Below the pieces are notes generated by a model. That model did not search any database, was not told the origin of the DNA, and was given only the letters and a program-made list of their open reading frames with translations. Of a DNA stretch of 14,414 bases, positions 1-6,930 are shown piece after piece; the stretch's first letter is position 1; every line of letters begins with the position of its first letter. Made by a program: the position numbers and the translations under genes. Source of the DNA: Candidatus Heimdallarchaeota archaeon (lineage in GTDB: Archaea > Asgardarchaeota > Heimdallarchaeia > Heimdallarchaeales > Heimdallarchaeaceae); contig DAOVET010000066.1 of the NCBI GenBank assembly GCA_030668825.1, positions 1 to 14,414 on the forward strand. Direction: 5' to 3'.

Positions 1-499
1 ATTCTTTAGCAGTTAATCCCATCTTTGGTTTGACAATGGTTCCAACGTGGGGACGATTAGGAAATTCACCTTTATCTGTTCCCAAGATTTTACGAACTCC
101 TTCAACACCAAATTTTGGTCCTGGAAAGTTTTCAGCGATACTACGTGGAAATTCTACATCCATCCATCTGATATTGCGAAGAGCACCTAAACCAAAAAGG
201 TTACCCGCTAACATGGATAGAATGCTTGTAATTCCTGCTTCTGTATCAAAAGTTTCTGTCTTAAAACCAATTAAAACTTCCCCACTCTGATATCCATCAT
301 GGTCACCAATAACTTTGGTATCCAGAATTTCCGCCCTTAACCTAGGGATGATATCAATTTCTGTGTTTTCAATTGTAGTAAGCTTGGTCCATGTACCAAC
401 ACTTTCTTCATCACATATTTCTTCTGCAGCCGTTTCGACTGACTTGACGTGCTCGACGTAGTAACGAGCAACTAATAATTCTTTATATTTATCTTTCAT
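1..499 (-). CDS. rbcL: RuBisCO large subunit, form III-like (N-terminal ~166 aa; runs off the window start)
   Basis: Not in the ORF track. Manual minus-strand translation from the ATG at 499 gives MKDKYKELLVARYYVE...ICDEESVGTWT...SMLAGNLFGLGAL...FPGPKFGVEGVRK...RPHVGTIVKPKMGL. This matches the RuBisCO ExSxGTWT, GNxFG, GPxFG and GTxxKPKxGL motifs. GGTGA RBS at 505-509; lies directly downstream of R15P isomerase. Confidence 0.93.
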   Translation of the reverse strand, partial: MKDKYKELLVARYYVEHVKSVETAAEEICDEESVGTWTKLTTIENTEIDIIPRLRAEILDTKVIGDHDGYQSGEVLIGFKTETFDTEAGITSILSMLAGNLFGLGALRNIRWMDVEFPRSIAENFPGPKFGVEGVRKILGTDKGEFPNRPHVGTIVKPKMGLTAKE

Positions 500-529
500 A
501 TTTGTCACCAAATTTAATCATAAAATGTT

Positions 530-1465
530 CTAAGTATCCTCACTAATTATCATAAAGGGATACTTCTCCTTAATTATCATATAAACTATTGAAGGTGAAA
601 AAACACCTGATTCTGTTATTATACCATCAATCAAATCAGAGGACACAGTTTCGAACGCAGGATTTAGAAAATTCAATCCTTCTGGAGGATTTTCCCAAAT
701 TTCTGTTCCTGCTCTCATTTCTATTTCTGATAGTTTGCCAATACTCGTTTCAGGATCATACTTTAGGAGATTAATCGCTGTATAAAATGGTATATCCATT
801 TCTTTAGCAGCAAGAGCTAATAACCGTGTTCCAATTTTATTAATGACTGTACCTTGACTTGTAATTGCATCTGCTCCCGTAATTATGATGTCAACATCAT
901 GCCTATTCAATACCCATCTCATTGCACTATCAACAACTTGAGTAGTTGTAATCCCTGCTTCAACTAATTCTTTGGCAGTAATTCGTCCTTGATATAAGGG
1001 GCGAGTTTCAGTACAGAAAACTCGTATGTCTTTGCCTTGATTATGTGCTTCTAGAATGACCCCAGTAGATAAAGAAGAATGACAATGGGTCATAATAGTA
1101 CTTCCTGGTTTAATTCTATGGGCACCATAGGAAATAACCTTCCTTTTCGATTCTTTGAGTAGGTTAACATACTCTTGAGTAAATGAGTTAGCAATTTCTT
1201 TGGCTTCTTGAACAGAATTTGCTTTTTCATGCAGATTATAAATAACATATCTCAAACCGTTTCGAAGAGCAGGTTCAGTAGCTCTAGCTGTAGCTAAAAT
1301 GTATCTAGCTTTTTCCAGTTCTTCAAAGAGATTATCTAATGAGGAAACTTCAAGACGAGTAGCTAATGAAGCAAAGGCTTTTACCCCCTCAATTGCGATA
1401 TTTGTAGCTCCTTGAATTCTCAAGGTTCGTATATCTTCAACAACTTGTTGAAATGCTGAATCCAA
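530..1465 (-). CDS. Ribose-1,5-bisphosphate isomerase (eIF2B-like family)
   Basis: Motifs IQGATNIA, ARATEPALRN, MTHCHSS, ETRPLYQG, VDSAM, GADAIT..G.VINKIGT and NPAFE. TTG start with GGTGA RBS 6 nt upstream. Co-oriented with rbcL, as in the archaeal AMP/nucleoside pentose-bisphosphate pathway. Confidence 0.9.
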   Translation of the reverse strand: MDSAFQQVVEDIRTLRIQGATNIAIEGVKAFASLATRLEVSSLDNLFEELEKARYILATARATEPALRNGLRYVIYNLHEKANSVQEAKEIANSFTQEYVNLLKESKRKVISYGAHRIKPGSTIMTHCHSSLSTGVILEAHNQGKDIRVFCTETRPLYQGRITAKELVEAGITTTQVVDSAMRWVLNRHDVDIIITGADAITSQGTVINKIGTRLLALAAKEMDIPFYTAINLLKYDPETSIGKLSEIEMRAGTEIWENPPEGLNFLNPAFETVSSDLIDGIITESGVFSPSIVYMIIKEKYPFMIISEDT

Positions 1466-1562
1466 TGTAATTCACCTATTAGGTATTTTATATATATCTT
1501 AAAGATAATAACATCAATATAAAACCCGTTTATAAAGACTTGCGGTTTGAACAAATTTTCTA

Positions 1563-2078
1563 CTAGGTTTTGCGAAATAAGCTTCCTAGTTCATGAGCCC
1601 ATTCCTTGACTTTTTCCAAATTTCTAGTATCATAACCAAAACTTGGCATCTTTTTCGTTGTTTGCAGATACCAAATATGAGGAATTTTTGCTCTTGGCAC
1701 TCTTCCACCAAAGGCTTTCATTGAAACTGGTTTTAACCGTGGATACTTCTCTAAGACCTCTTCAAGGAAAACTCGATGTGCTTGATTGTGAAGTCTTTCT
1801 TCTCCAGCGAAACCTGCACAAACGAAAACAGCAACATTCTTGTTAGTAAAATCATTTCTCAGAAATTCTTCAGCACTTTTTCCCCACTTTCCATGGAAAA
1901 TGCAACTTCCAATAATTATGCTTTCGTAATCAGAAGAATCGGGAGTAATTTTATTTTCTTCTAACTGATATAGATCAACTTGAAATCCGTAATCCTTCTC
2001 AAGAGTATCTGCAATTACAGAAGCAGCTTCTCTTGTTGCCCCATATAATGTTTGATAAGAAACTAATACCTTACTCAT
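1563..2078 (-). CDS. Flavodoxin-domain protein (HemG/Flavodoxin_5-like)
   Basis: N-terminal FMN phosphate loop VSYQTLYGATREAA, followed by IIIGSCIFHGKW, VAVFVC and FGG; C-terminal D.R..EKVKEWA. Confidence 0.8.
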   Translation of the reverse strand: MSKVLVSYQTLYGATREAASVIADTLEKDYGFQVDLYQLEENKITPDSSDYESIIIGSCIFHGKWGKSAEEFLRNDFTNKNVAVFVCAGFAGEERLHNQAHRVFLEEVLEKYPRLKPVSMKAFGGRVPRAKIPHIWYLQTTKKMPSFGYDTRNLEKVKEWAHELGSLFRKT

Positions 2079-2138
2079 AAAATCACTTAATAGCTATTTT
2101 TACAAAAAAGAGTTTTAACCTTTAGTATTTGACAAAAA

Positions 2139-2198
2139 TGGTGGGGCACGGCGGATTCGAACCACCGACCATCTGGTTTCTCAGTTTTGGCTCATAAT
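2139..2198 (-). repeat. Displaced partial tRNA copy (att-like direct repeat): 3' exon with CCA plus the canonical intron
   Basis: 2139-2198 matches 5291-5350 at 55/60 nt (50/53 over the first 53). Followed on the minus strand by a TTTTT tract. Confidence 0.93.
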
Positions 2199-2241
2199 AA
2201 CTCTACAAGCTTAATTACAAAATAGTTTAATTTTTACCACG

Positions 2242-2276
2242 TTTTTATATCATTTTAATCATTTAATGTTAAATGA
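2242..2276 (+). promoter_or_regulatory. Candidate TATA box and inverted-repeat operator for the island ORF
   Basis: TTTTTATAT at 2242-2250, followed by the TCATTTAA-tg-TTAAATGA dyad at 2259-2276. Confidence 0.35.
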
Positions 2277-2323
2277 ATCTGAAACTTTTCATTTTTACAA
2301 CTTAGAGGAAATCAAGTTTCTTC

Positions 2324-5284
2324 GTGGTGATTGAAATTAATCTCAAGGTAAATACACAGAATACTGCGGATAAACATACCAGAATAAAAGAAATCGAAGA
2401 AATGAAAAGAGAAGTACAAGAAGTTCTCCAATTTATCAAAAAAACAAAAAAGAATATAGAAAAGCTCCAGAAACACAATAAAGCAAAATTAGTCGAAGGA
2501 ACAGAAGAGAATTCAGGCCTTGAAACTATCAACTCAAATGAAATACAAATTGTCTGTATTGAATTTGATGATAACCTCTCCTGGGGAGCTTTAGAAAACT
2601 TAACAGAAAGCAAATACAACACTTTACCAGATAATGACAAATCCTTTGTGAAGCTTGTAAATTCATTGTTCTTTCCTAAAATGAGGTCAATTAGTGATAT
2701 TATAAATGATAACAGTAGCCTAAAGAGTTGGAAGGAACACATAAAAAATCTGAGACCAATAATTGAAAACAAAAAAGGAATTCTTTTTGGGGAGTATTTG
2801 TTCAAAGAAAGTTTGAAATTTTCTAAGGAAATCTATGATTCTTATACAAGAAATGTTCTTTTTGGAAAAGGATATGATGAAGATCATAAACGAAAAATTA
2901 CAAGGGAATTTTTCAACAAACATGGTTCGGATATAACTGAAAATATTAGGAAGAAGCATGATTTAACTCATGAAGAAGCTAGAATATTTACCATCTACTT
3001 GGCTTGCATGTCTGATTTTGATAAGAAAGTGTTAGGTTTTGATTATGGATCTATGCATGAGTTCTTCCAGAATGTTTGGATAAAAATAAATCATGATCGA
3101 GATGAGTTTAGAGGAAAACAACACATTTCAAAGGATAGTCAAAAAGTAATTGTTCATTCGGATTTCTCTAGGTTCAAATCCAGCGTATCTTTAGGTTTTG
3201 ATTCTTATTTTACTTTACTTAATCGCAATAAATTCGAATTATGGTTTTCAGAACAAAAATGTGGTGGCAGTTATTCTATATGTAAAAACTTCAAAAATAT
3301 AGGTGATCCTCTACATAAATCAGTTTTTAATCTAGCTCAAAAACGTACTAACAATAAGTTTCAAGATATTCTTCAGAAAATAGGGTTTACAGTACTTCAA
3401 AGCATTGACTTTTCTAATTCTTTGTTTAAACGATATACCTATTACTATGATGCACAGGGTAACAATTTTCTGCAAAAAATGAAATCAACGAAATATCAAC
3501 ATGACCTAATTTTTGGTTTGGAGAGAAATAAGATTCCGAATGCAAAACAATTGACAAGGAAATTAATTAAATCTGCAAAAGACAACCATCGTTTGATAGC
3601 CTTGATGCAGAATGGTTATACACTAAGTGACGAATCGAAAGTAATCAATCATCTAGATATCATAAATAGAAAAGAACAACCCCTTTGTATTATTGGTGAA
3701 ATATTTTCTTTCAAACCTATAAAAAATGAAAAAGGAGATTATATTGTATCAATTGAAGGGTATTCACAGAAATTACTTAAGAAAATACAAAAAACTCATT
3801 CAGTTTTTAATTCAGAATTATACTATCAACTGAACTCTATTTTCAAGTCTATCTCAATAAGTAGAAATTGTAAAATTGAAGAGACTGTAGCTTCTCCTAA
3901 ATACATTGAATCTCTCCTGTTTGCATATAATAAGATCCTTCACGAAATCTATCAGTATCTTATAGATAGCAAAAACTTTACATCATTTGAGATGCTCAAA
4001 GATGGTAAAACGTTTGTATGTAGTGAAATTGCTTCAGAAGATATTTCAAATGTTAAACTATGGCTTGAGAAAAACCAAAAGATGTATTCAGCAATTCCAT
4101 ATACAACGAATTACGTTTGGAAACTACCTCTTTATGGCAAACTAAAGGAAATAAGTCGAAACAATCCTATAAAATTAAGTGAAACCAAGGAACTAGCGTT
4201 CAAAAAACTATTTTCTTATAATGATAAAGAAGTATTAGATTTCCTTAAAGAAATGACTTCTAAAGATTTTTCGGAAGAAGATTTCGAACAAAAAGTAAAG
4301 ACTGATCCTGAACACTCCCTTATATTCAGCATTTTGTATTTGCTAAAAGGGAACACAAGGTTAAAACTTCGTAAGAACCTGTTTGAACAAGGAGATTTAG
4401 TTAGGTCGCTAATATTTCTGGATGAGAAAAGTAATCCAGTAAGAACATTTGGCGATGATAAAAATCTTTCTTCAATGGAAAATCCATATTTAAATATCAA
4501 GATTGACTTCAATGAGATTTTTAGCATAAATAGATTCTTAGATCGAAATGTTCTATCTACATTCCCTATAGCAATAAAGTCAGGAAAATCGTCAACAAGG
4601 CATTCTGAATTGAAATTTAGATTCTGCAGAGTCGATGGAATACGTGCGGGAAAAAAAGGGGTGAAGGCAAGAGAGATGTATATAGAAAGAATAAGAGAGA
4701 TGTTAAGCCATGTTGATGAAATTAACGATGCAATTGAGACATTGTATTCCAAACCTGCTATTTCTTTTAACCTATTAAGAGGTGAAAACAGAGAAATCAT
4801 GATGAAATTATTCATCTACTTGTTCTTTGAATATAATGAGGTTTGGAAAGAATTTAGTAATTCACTGTTGGATTATCTGAAGAAGAATCTCTTCCTATTA
4901 ACAGAGGATATGATTTTAAATAGCTATTTCATAAAATCTGGATGGAATATAACATTCAAGTCTATAAAAAAAATTGAAGGTCAAAAATGGTTAATCCACT
5001 ATATAGTGAATAAAAACTCTGGCAAAGTTTTTGACAGAAAGATAGAGGTGCTACCAGCATTTGCCAATATAAGGTTTAAGAATTCTAGTAAAGAGAGCAT
5101 ACGTGATATTAAGGCAGAGTTAACTTTGTTTTGTAACTACAATCCTTTATTTCTTAAGATTTTGAAGATTTTAGAGTCGGGGATAGCACCACTTGTTTTT
5201 AGCAAAGGTAAAGATAATTTAGATTCAAAAACAAGTTATTCGTGGAAAAATTCAGTAGATTGGATGGAAAAAGTGTGTGTTTAA
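2324..5284 (+). CDS. Large hypothetical protein (986 aa), putative PD-(D/E)XK nuclease-domain protein
   Basis: A 2961-nt uninterrupted ORF in AT-rich DNA, so almost certainly coding. N-terminal coiled-coil-like stretch; candidate motif GSMHE(246)...GFD(293)...SEQK(310-312). Start codon uncertain (GTG 2324/2327 or ATG 2402). Function is inference only. Confidence 0.75.
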   Translation: MVIEINLKVNTQNTADKHTRIKEIEEMKREVQEVLQFIKKTKKNIEKLQKHNKAKLVEGTEENSGLETINSNEIQIVCIEFDDNLSWGALENLTESKYNTLPDNDKSFVKLVNSLFFPKMRSISDIINDNSSLKSWKEHIKNLRPIIENKKGILFGEYLFKESLKFSKEIYDSYTRNVLFGKGYDEDHKRKITREFFNKHGSDITENIRKKHDLTHEEARIFTIYLACMSDFDKKVLGFDYGSMHEFFQNVWIKINHDRDEFRGKQHISKDSQKVIVHSDFSRFKSSVSLGFDSYFTLLNRNKFELWFSEQKCGGSYSICKNFKNIGDPLHKSVFNLAQKRTNNKFQDILQKIGFTVLQSIDFSNSLFKRYTYYYDAQGNNFLQKMKSTKYQHDLIFGLERNKIPNAKQLTRKLIKSAKDNHRLIALMQNGYTLSDESKVINHLDIINRKEQPLCIIGEIFSFKPIKNEKGDYIVSIEGYSQKLLKKIQKTHSVFNSELYYQLNSIFKSISISRNCKIEETVASPKYIESLLFAYNKILHEIYQYLIDSKNFTSFEMLKDGKTFVCSEIASEDISNVKLWLEKNQKMYSAIPYTTNYVWKLPLYGKLKEISRNNPIKLSETKELAFKKLFSYNDKEVLDFLKEMTSKDFSEEDFEQKVKTDPEHSLIFSILYLLKGNTRLKLRKNLFEQGDLVRSLIFLDEKSNPVRTFGDDKNLSSMENPYLNIKIDFNEIFSINRFLDRNVLSTFPIAIKSGKSSTRHSELKFRFCRVDGIRAGKKGVKAREMYIERIREMLSHVDEINDAIETLYSKPAISFNLLRGENREIMMKLFIYLFFEYNEVWKEFSNSLLDYLKKNLFLLTEDMILNSYFIKSGWNITFKSIKKIEGQKWLIHYIVNKNSGKVFDRKIEVLPAFANIRFKNSSKESIRDIKAELTLFCNYNPLFLKILKILESGIAPLVFSKGKDNLDSKTSYSWKNSVDWMEKVCV

Positions 5285-5329
5285 AGAAGTTGGTGGGGCA
5301 CGGCGGATTTGAACCACCGACCAACTGGT

Positions 5330-5350
5330 CTCTCAGTTTTGGCCCAAAAT
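5330..5350 (-). other. Canonical tRNA intron at 37/38 (21 nt)
   Basis: BHB motif: TGG-CTCA-TA|A ... TGAG-AG|A-CCA. Removing ATTTTGGGCCAAAACTGAGAG restores the 7-nt anticodon loop. Confidence 0.88.
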
Positions 5351-5364
5351 TATGAGCCAGTCGC

Positions 5365-5395
5365 CTTTTAGTTAATGGCACGCAGCCATTTGACT
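5365..5395 (-). other. Non-canonical tRNA intron in the D-stem at 23/24 (31 nt)
   Basis: Relaxed BHB: TCG-GTTA-GA|A-GT ... AC-TAAA-AG|G-CGA, with an internal AATGGC/GCCATT hairpin. Removal restores the D-stem GCTC/GAGC. Confidence 0.8.
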
Positions 5396-5452
5396 TCTAA
5401 CCGAGCTGAGCTAGTGCCCCTTTTCTACTTATACTCTCTCATTCTCTTTTTT

Positions 5453-6337
5453 TTAAGTTTTTTCTTCTCTTCTAAAAGCTTTGTTACATCTACAATTATT
5501 TTTTGATCTCTTTTTTGTAAGCAAGAAAGAAGCAATTATGATTAAACTAAGAATTAGATAATAACCAGTATAAGCAATTATTTCTAACCATGTTGGTTTA
5601 TCTTGATAACCAAATAAAGCCCTAAGAAATTTTCCTAGTTCATTTGTCTTATCGTTGAGAATTCCACTCATATCCCAAGCATGTTTTTGTAACCAATGCG
5701 TTTCAGATCCAAACCAACCAATTTCTTGGAATTCGTGAATTCCATGAGAAAACATACCTGCTGCAACAATAATTAAGACAATGCTTGTAAATAGAAAGAA
5801 CAATCGTAAGTTAATCTTTTTGCCAGAATAGAAAATCAGAACAGCAATTACTAAAGCGACAACGATTCCTAATAATCCTGACCAAAGAACAATCCAAGGA
5901 CTATCTTCAGTAGCCCCAATACCAGCAAGAAAAAGAACTGTTTCTACCCCTTCTCTTAGAACAGAGATTAGCGCAAGTGTCAGTAAACCATATTTTTGTT
6001 GTTGTTTTATTGAAATGTCTACCTTTTCTTCAAGTTTCTTCTGAACATCTTTTCCTGTTTTTAGCATCCATATTATCATCCATGTCAGCAACAATGAAGC
6101 TATTATCATTGCAAAACCTTCAAAGATTTCTTCATAACTTTCAAACCCACCTAAAGCAAATTGAAAGATAACAGCTGTAAGAATTGAGAGGACAATACCT
6201 GCAATTGTACCTATCCACACTTGTTTTTTTAATTTCCTTTCACCTATTTTTGTAACATAAACAAGTAAAATACCAACTATTAATGTGGCTTCTATAGCCT
6301 CTCTCAATGTAATCAGAAAACTTGCTAAACTAAACAA
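5453..6337 (-). CDS. FTR1/EfeU-family iron permease
   Basis: Two RExxE motifs (LREAIEA, LREGVET), about 7 hydrophobic segments, HGIHEFQE and LFGY; TTG start with GAGGGG RBS. Confidence 0.92.
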   Translation of the reverse strand: MFSLASFLITLREAIEATLIVGILLVYVTKIGERKLKKQVWIGTIAGIVLSILTAVIFQFALGGFESYEEIFEGFAMIIASLLLTWMIIWMLKTGKDVQKKLEEKVDISIKQQQKYGLLTLALISVLREGVETVLFLAGIGATEDSPWIVLWSGLLGIVVALVIAVLIFYSGKKINLRLFFLFTSIVLIIVAAGMFSHGIHEFQEIGWFGSETHWLQKHAWDMSGILNDKTNELGKFLRALFGYQDKPTWLEIIAYTGYYLILSLIIIASFLLTKKRSKNNCRCNKAFRREEKT

Positions 6338-6408
6338 AAATTCCCCTCTGGTTCAATTTAACAACACTAAATGGAGTTTATGAATGTTACATTTTTACAA
6401 AACAATTT

Positions 6409-6711
6409 TCATTGATTGTCTCTATTAGTTTTCGGTCCAGAAATAATGGGTTCTGCATATTTTGTAACTGATTCAGACAAGGTATTAATTTTTCCTGCAG
6501 AGAATCTATCAATACGATTCTTAGAACAACCATTACATAATCCCGCAGGTAACACTATTTTTGAAACCAGATCTTTTTTTTCTCTACTTATGCACCTGCC
6601 ACATAAATGTTTCCCACATTCTTCACATGCAAACTTTGCGGCTGCTCCACAGTTTAAGCAGATTAATACAATTTCTTCATTCTTTTCTCCTATAACTATC
6701 ACAATAGTCAT
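6409..6711 (-). CDS. Small Cys-rich zinc-finger protein (B-box/treble-clef-like)
   Basis: Four CxxC pairs: CLNC-x7-CEEC-x4-CGRC...CNGC. Start uncertain; the ATG at 6711 is preferred over the track's TTG at 6846. Confidence 0.65.
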   Translation of the reverse strand: MTIVIVIGEKNEEIVLICLNCGAAAKFACEECGKHLCGRCISREKKDLVSKIVLPAGLCNGCSKNRIDRFSAGKINTLSESVTKYAEPIISGPKTNRDNQ

Positions 6712-6930
6712 AGGATTCTCAAGTATTAAACCCCAACACTTTTGCATAAATAGAATAATCACACCAATTATTTTTTTCCTAAAAAAGTATAAAACAGTAA
6801 ATGTATGTGTTATGTGGCATTCTTTACGATCCACAATTTTTTGCAATCTCTAGTACAAGGGTACAAGAATAACGATAAATCAGTTCCAATAACCGAAGAA
6901 AAGTAAAACAAGAAGAAGCATTTTTTGATT

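Larger units (their letters stand above)
2139..5350. mobile_element. tRNA-integrated mini genomic island (single ORF, no recognisable integrase)
   Basis: Direct repeats of the tRNA 3' half flank one large orphan ORF. The ORF is oriented opposite to all neighbouring genes and looks more AT-rich than the housekeeping genes (by eye, not computed). Confidence 0.8.
5291..5420 (-). tRNA. trnI: tRNA with CAU anticodon, probably tRNA-Ile2 (agmatidine type); two introns; CCA encoded
   Basis: Spliced sequence GGGGCAC TA GCTC AGCTCGGTTA GAGC G ACTGG CTCATAA CCAGT TGGTC GGTGG TTCAAAT CCGCC GTGCCCC A CCA folds into a full cloverleaf; anticodon at 5352-5354. A G1-G2-G3 acceptor, no A1:U72 pair and no triple G:C anticodon stem argue for Ile2 over initiator or elongator Met. 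Confidence 0.88.

Noticed and set aside
30-290. 86-aa plus-strand ORF
   Set aside because: Antisense shadow of rbcL.
2302-4815. Minus-strand ORFs of 167, 79 and 199 aa inside the island
   Set aside because: F/S/I/L-rich antisense shadows of the Lys/Glu-rich 986-aa gene.
2324-5284. 986-aa ORF as a Cas12/Cas13/TnpB-like effector, retron RT or tyrosine integrase
   Set aside because: No CRISPR array, and no convincing RuvC triad with Zn finger, paired HEPN, YxDD RT or R-HxxR-Y signature seen by eye. Only a profile or structure search can exclude these.
5199-5381. 60-aa minus-strand ORF as a possible split-integrase fragment
   Set aside because: It overlaps the tRNA and the antisense strand of the large ORF and has no recombinase motifs.
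5291-5420. Initiator tRNA-Met assignment
   Set aside because: Lacks A1:U72 and the three consecutive G:C pairs in the anticodon stem.
6416-6853. 145-aa plus-strand ORF mirroring the Zn-finger gene
   Set aside because: In-register antisense ORF without recognisable motifs; the minus-strand CxxC array is better supported.
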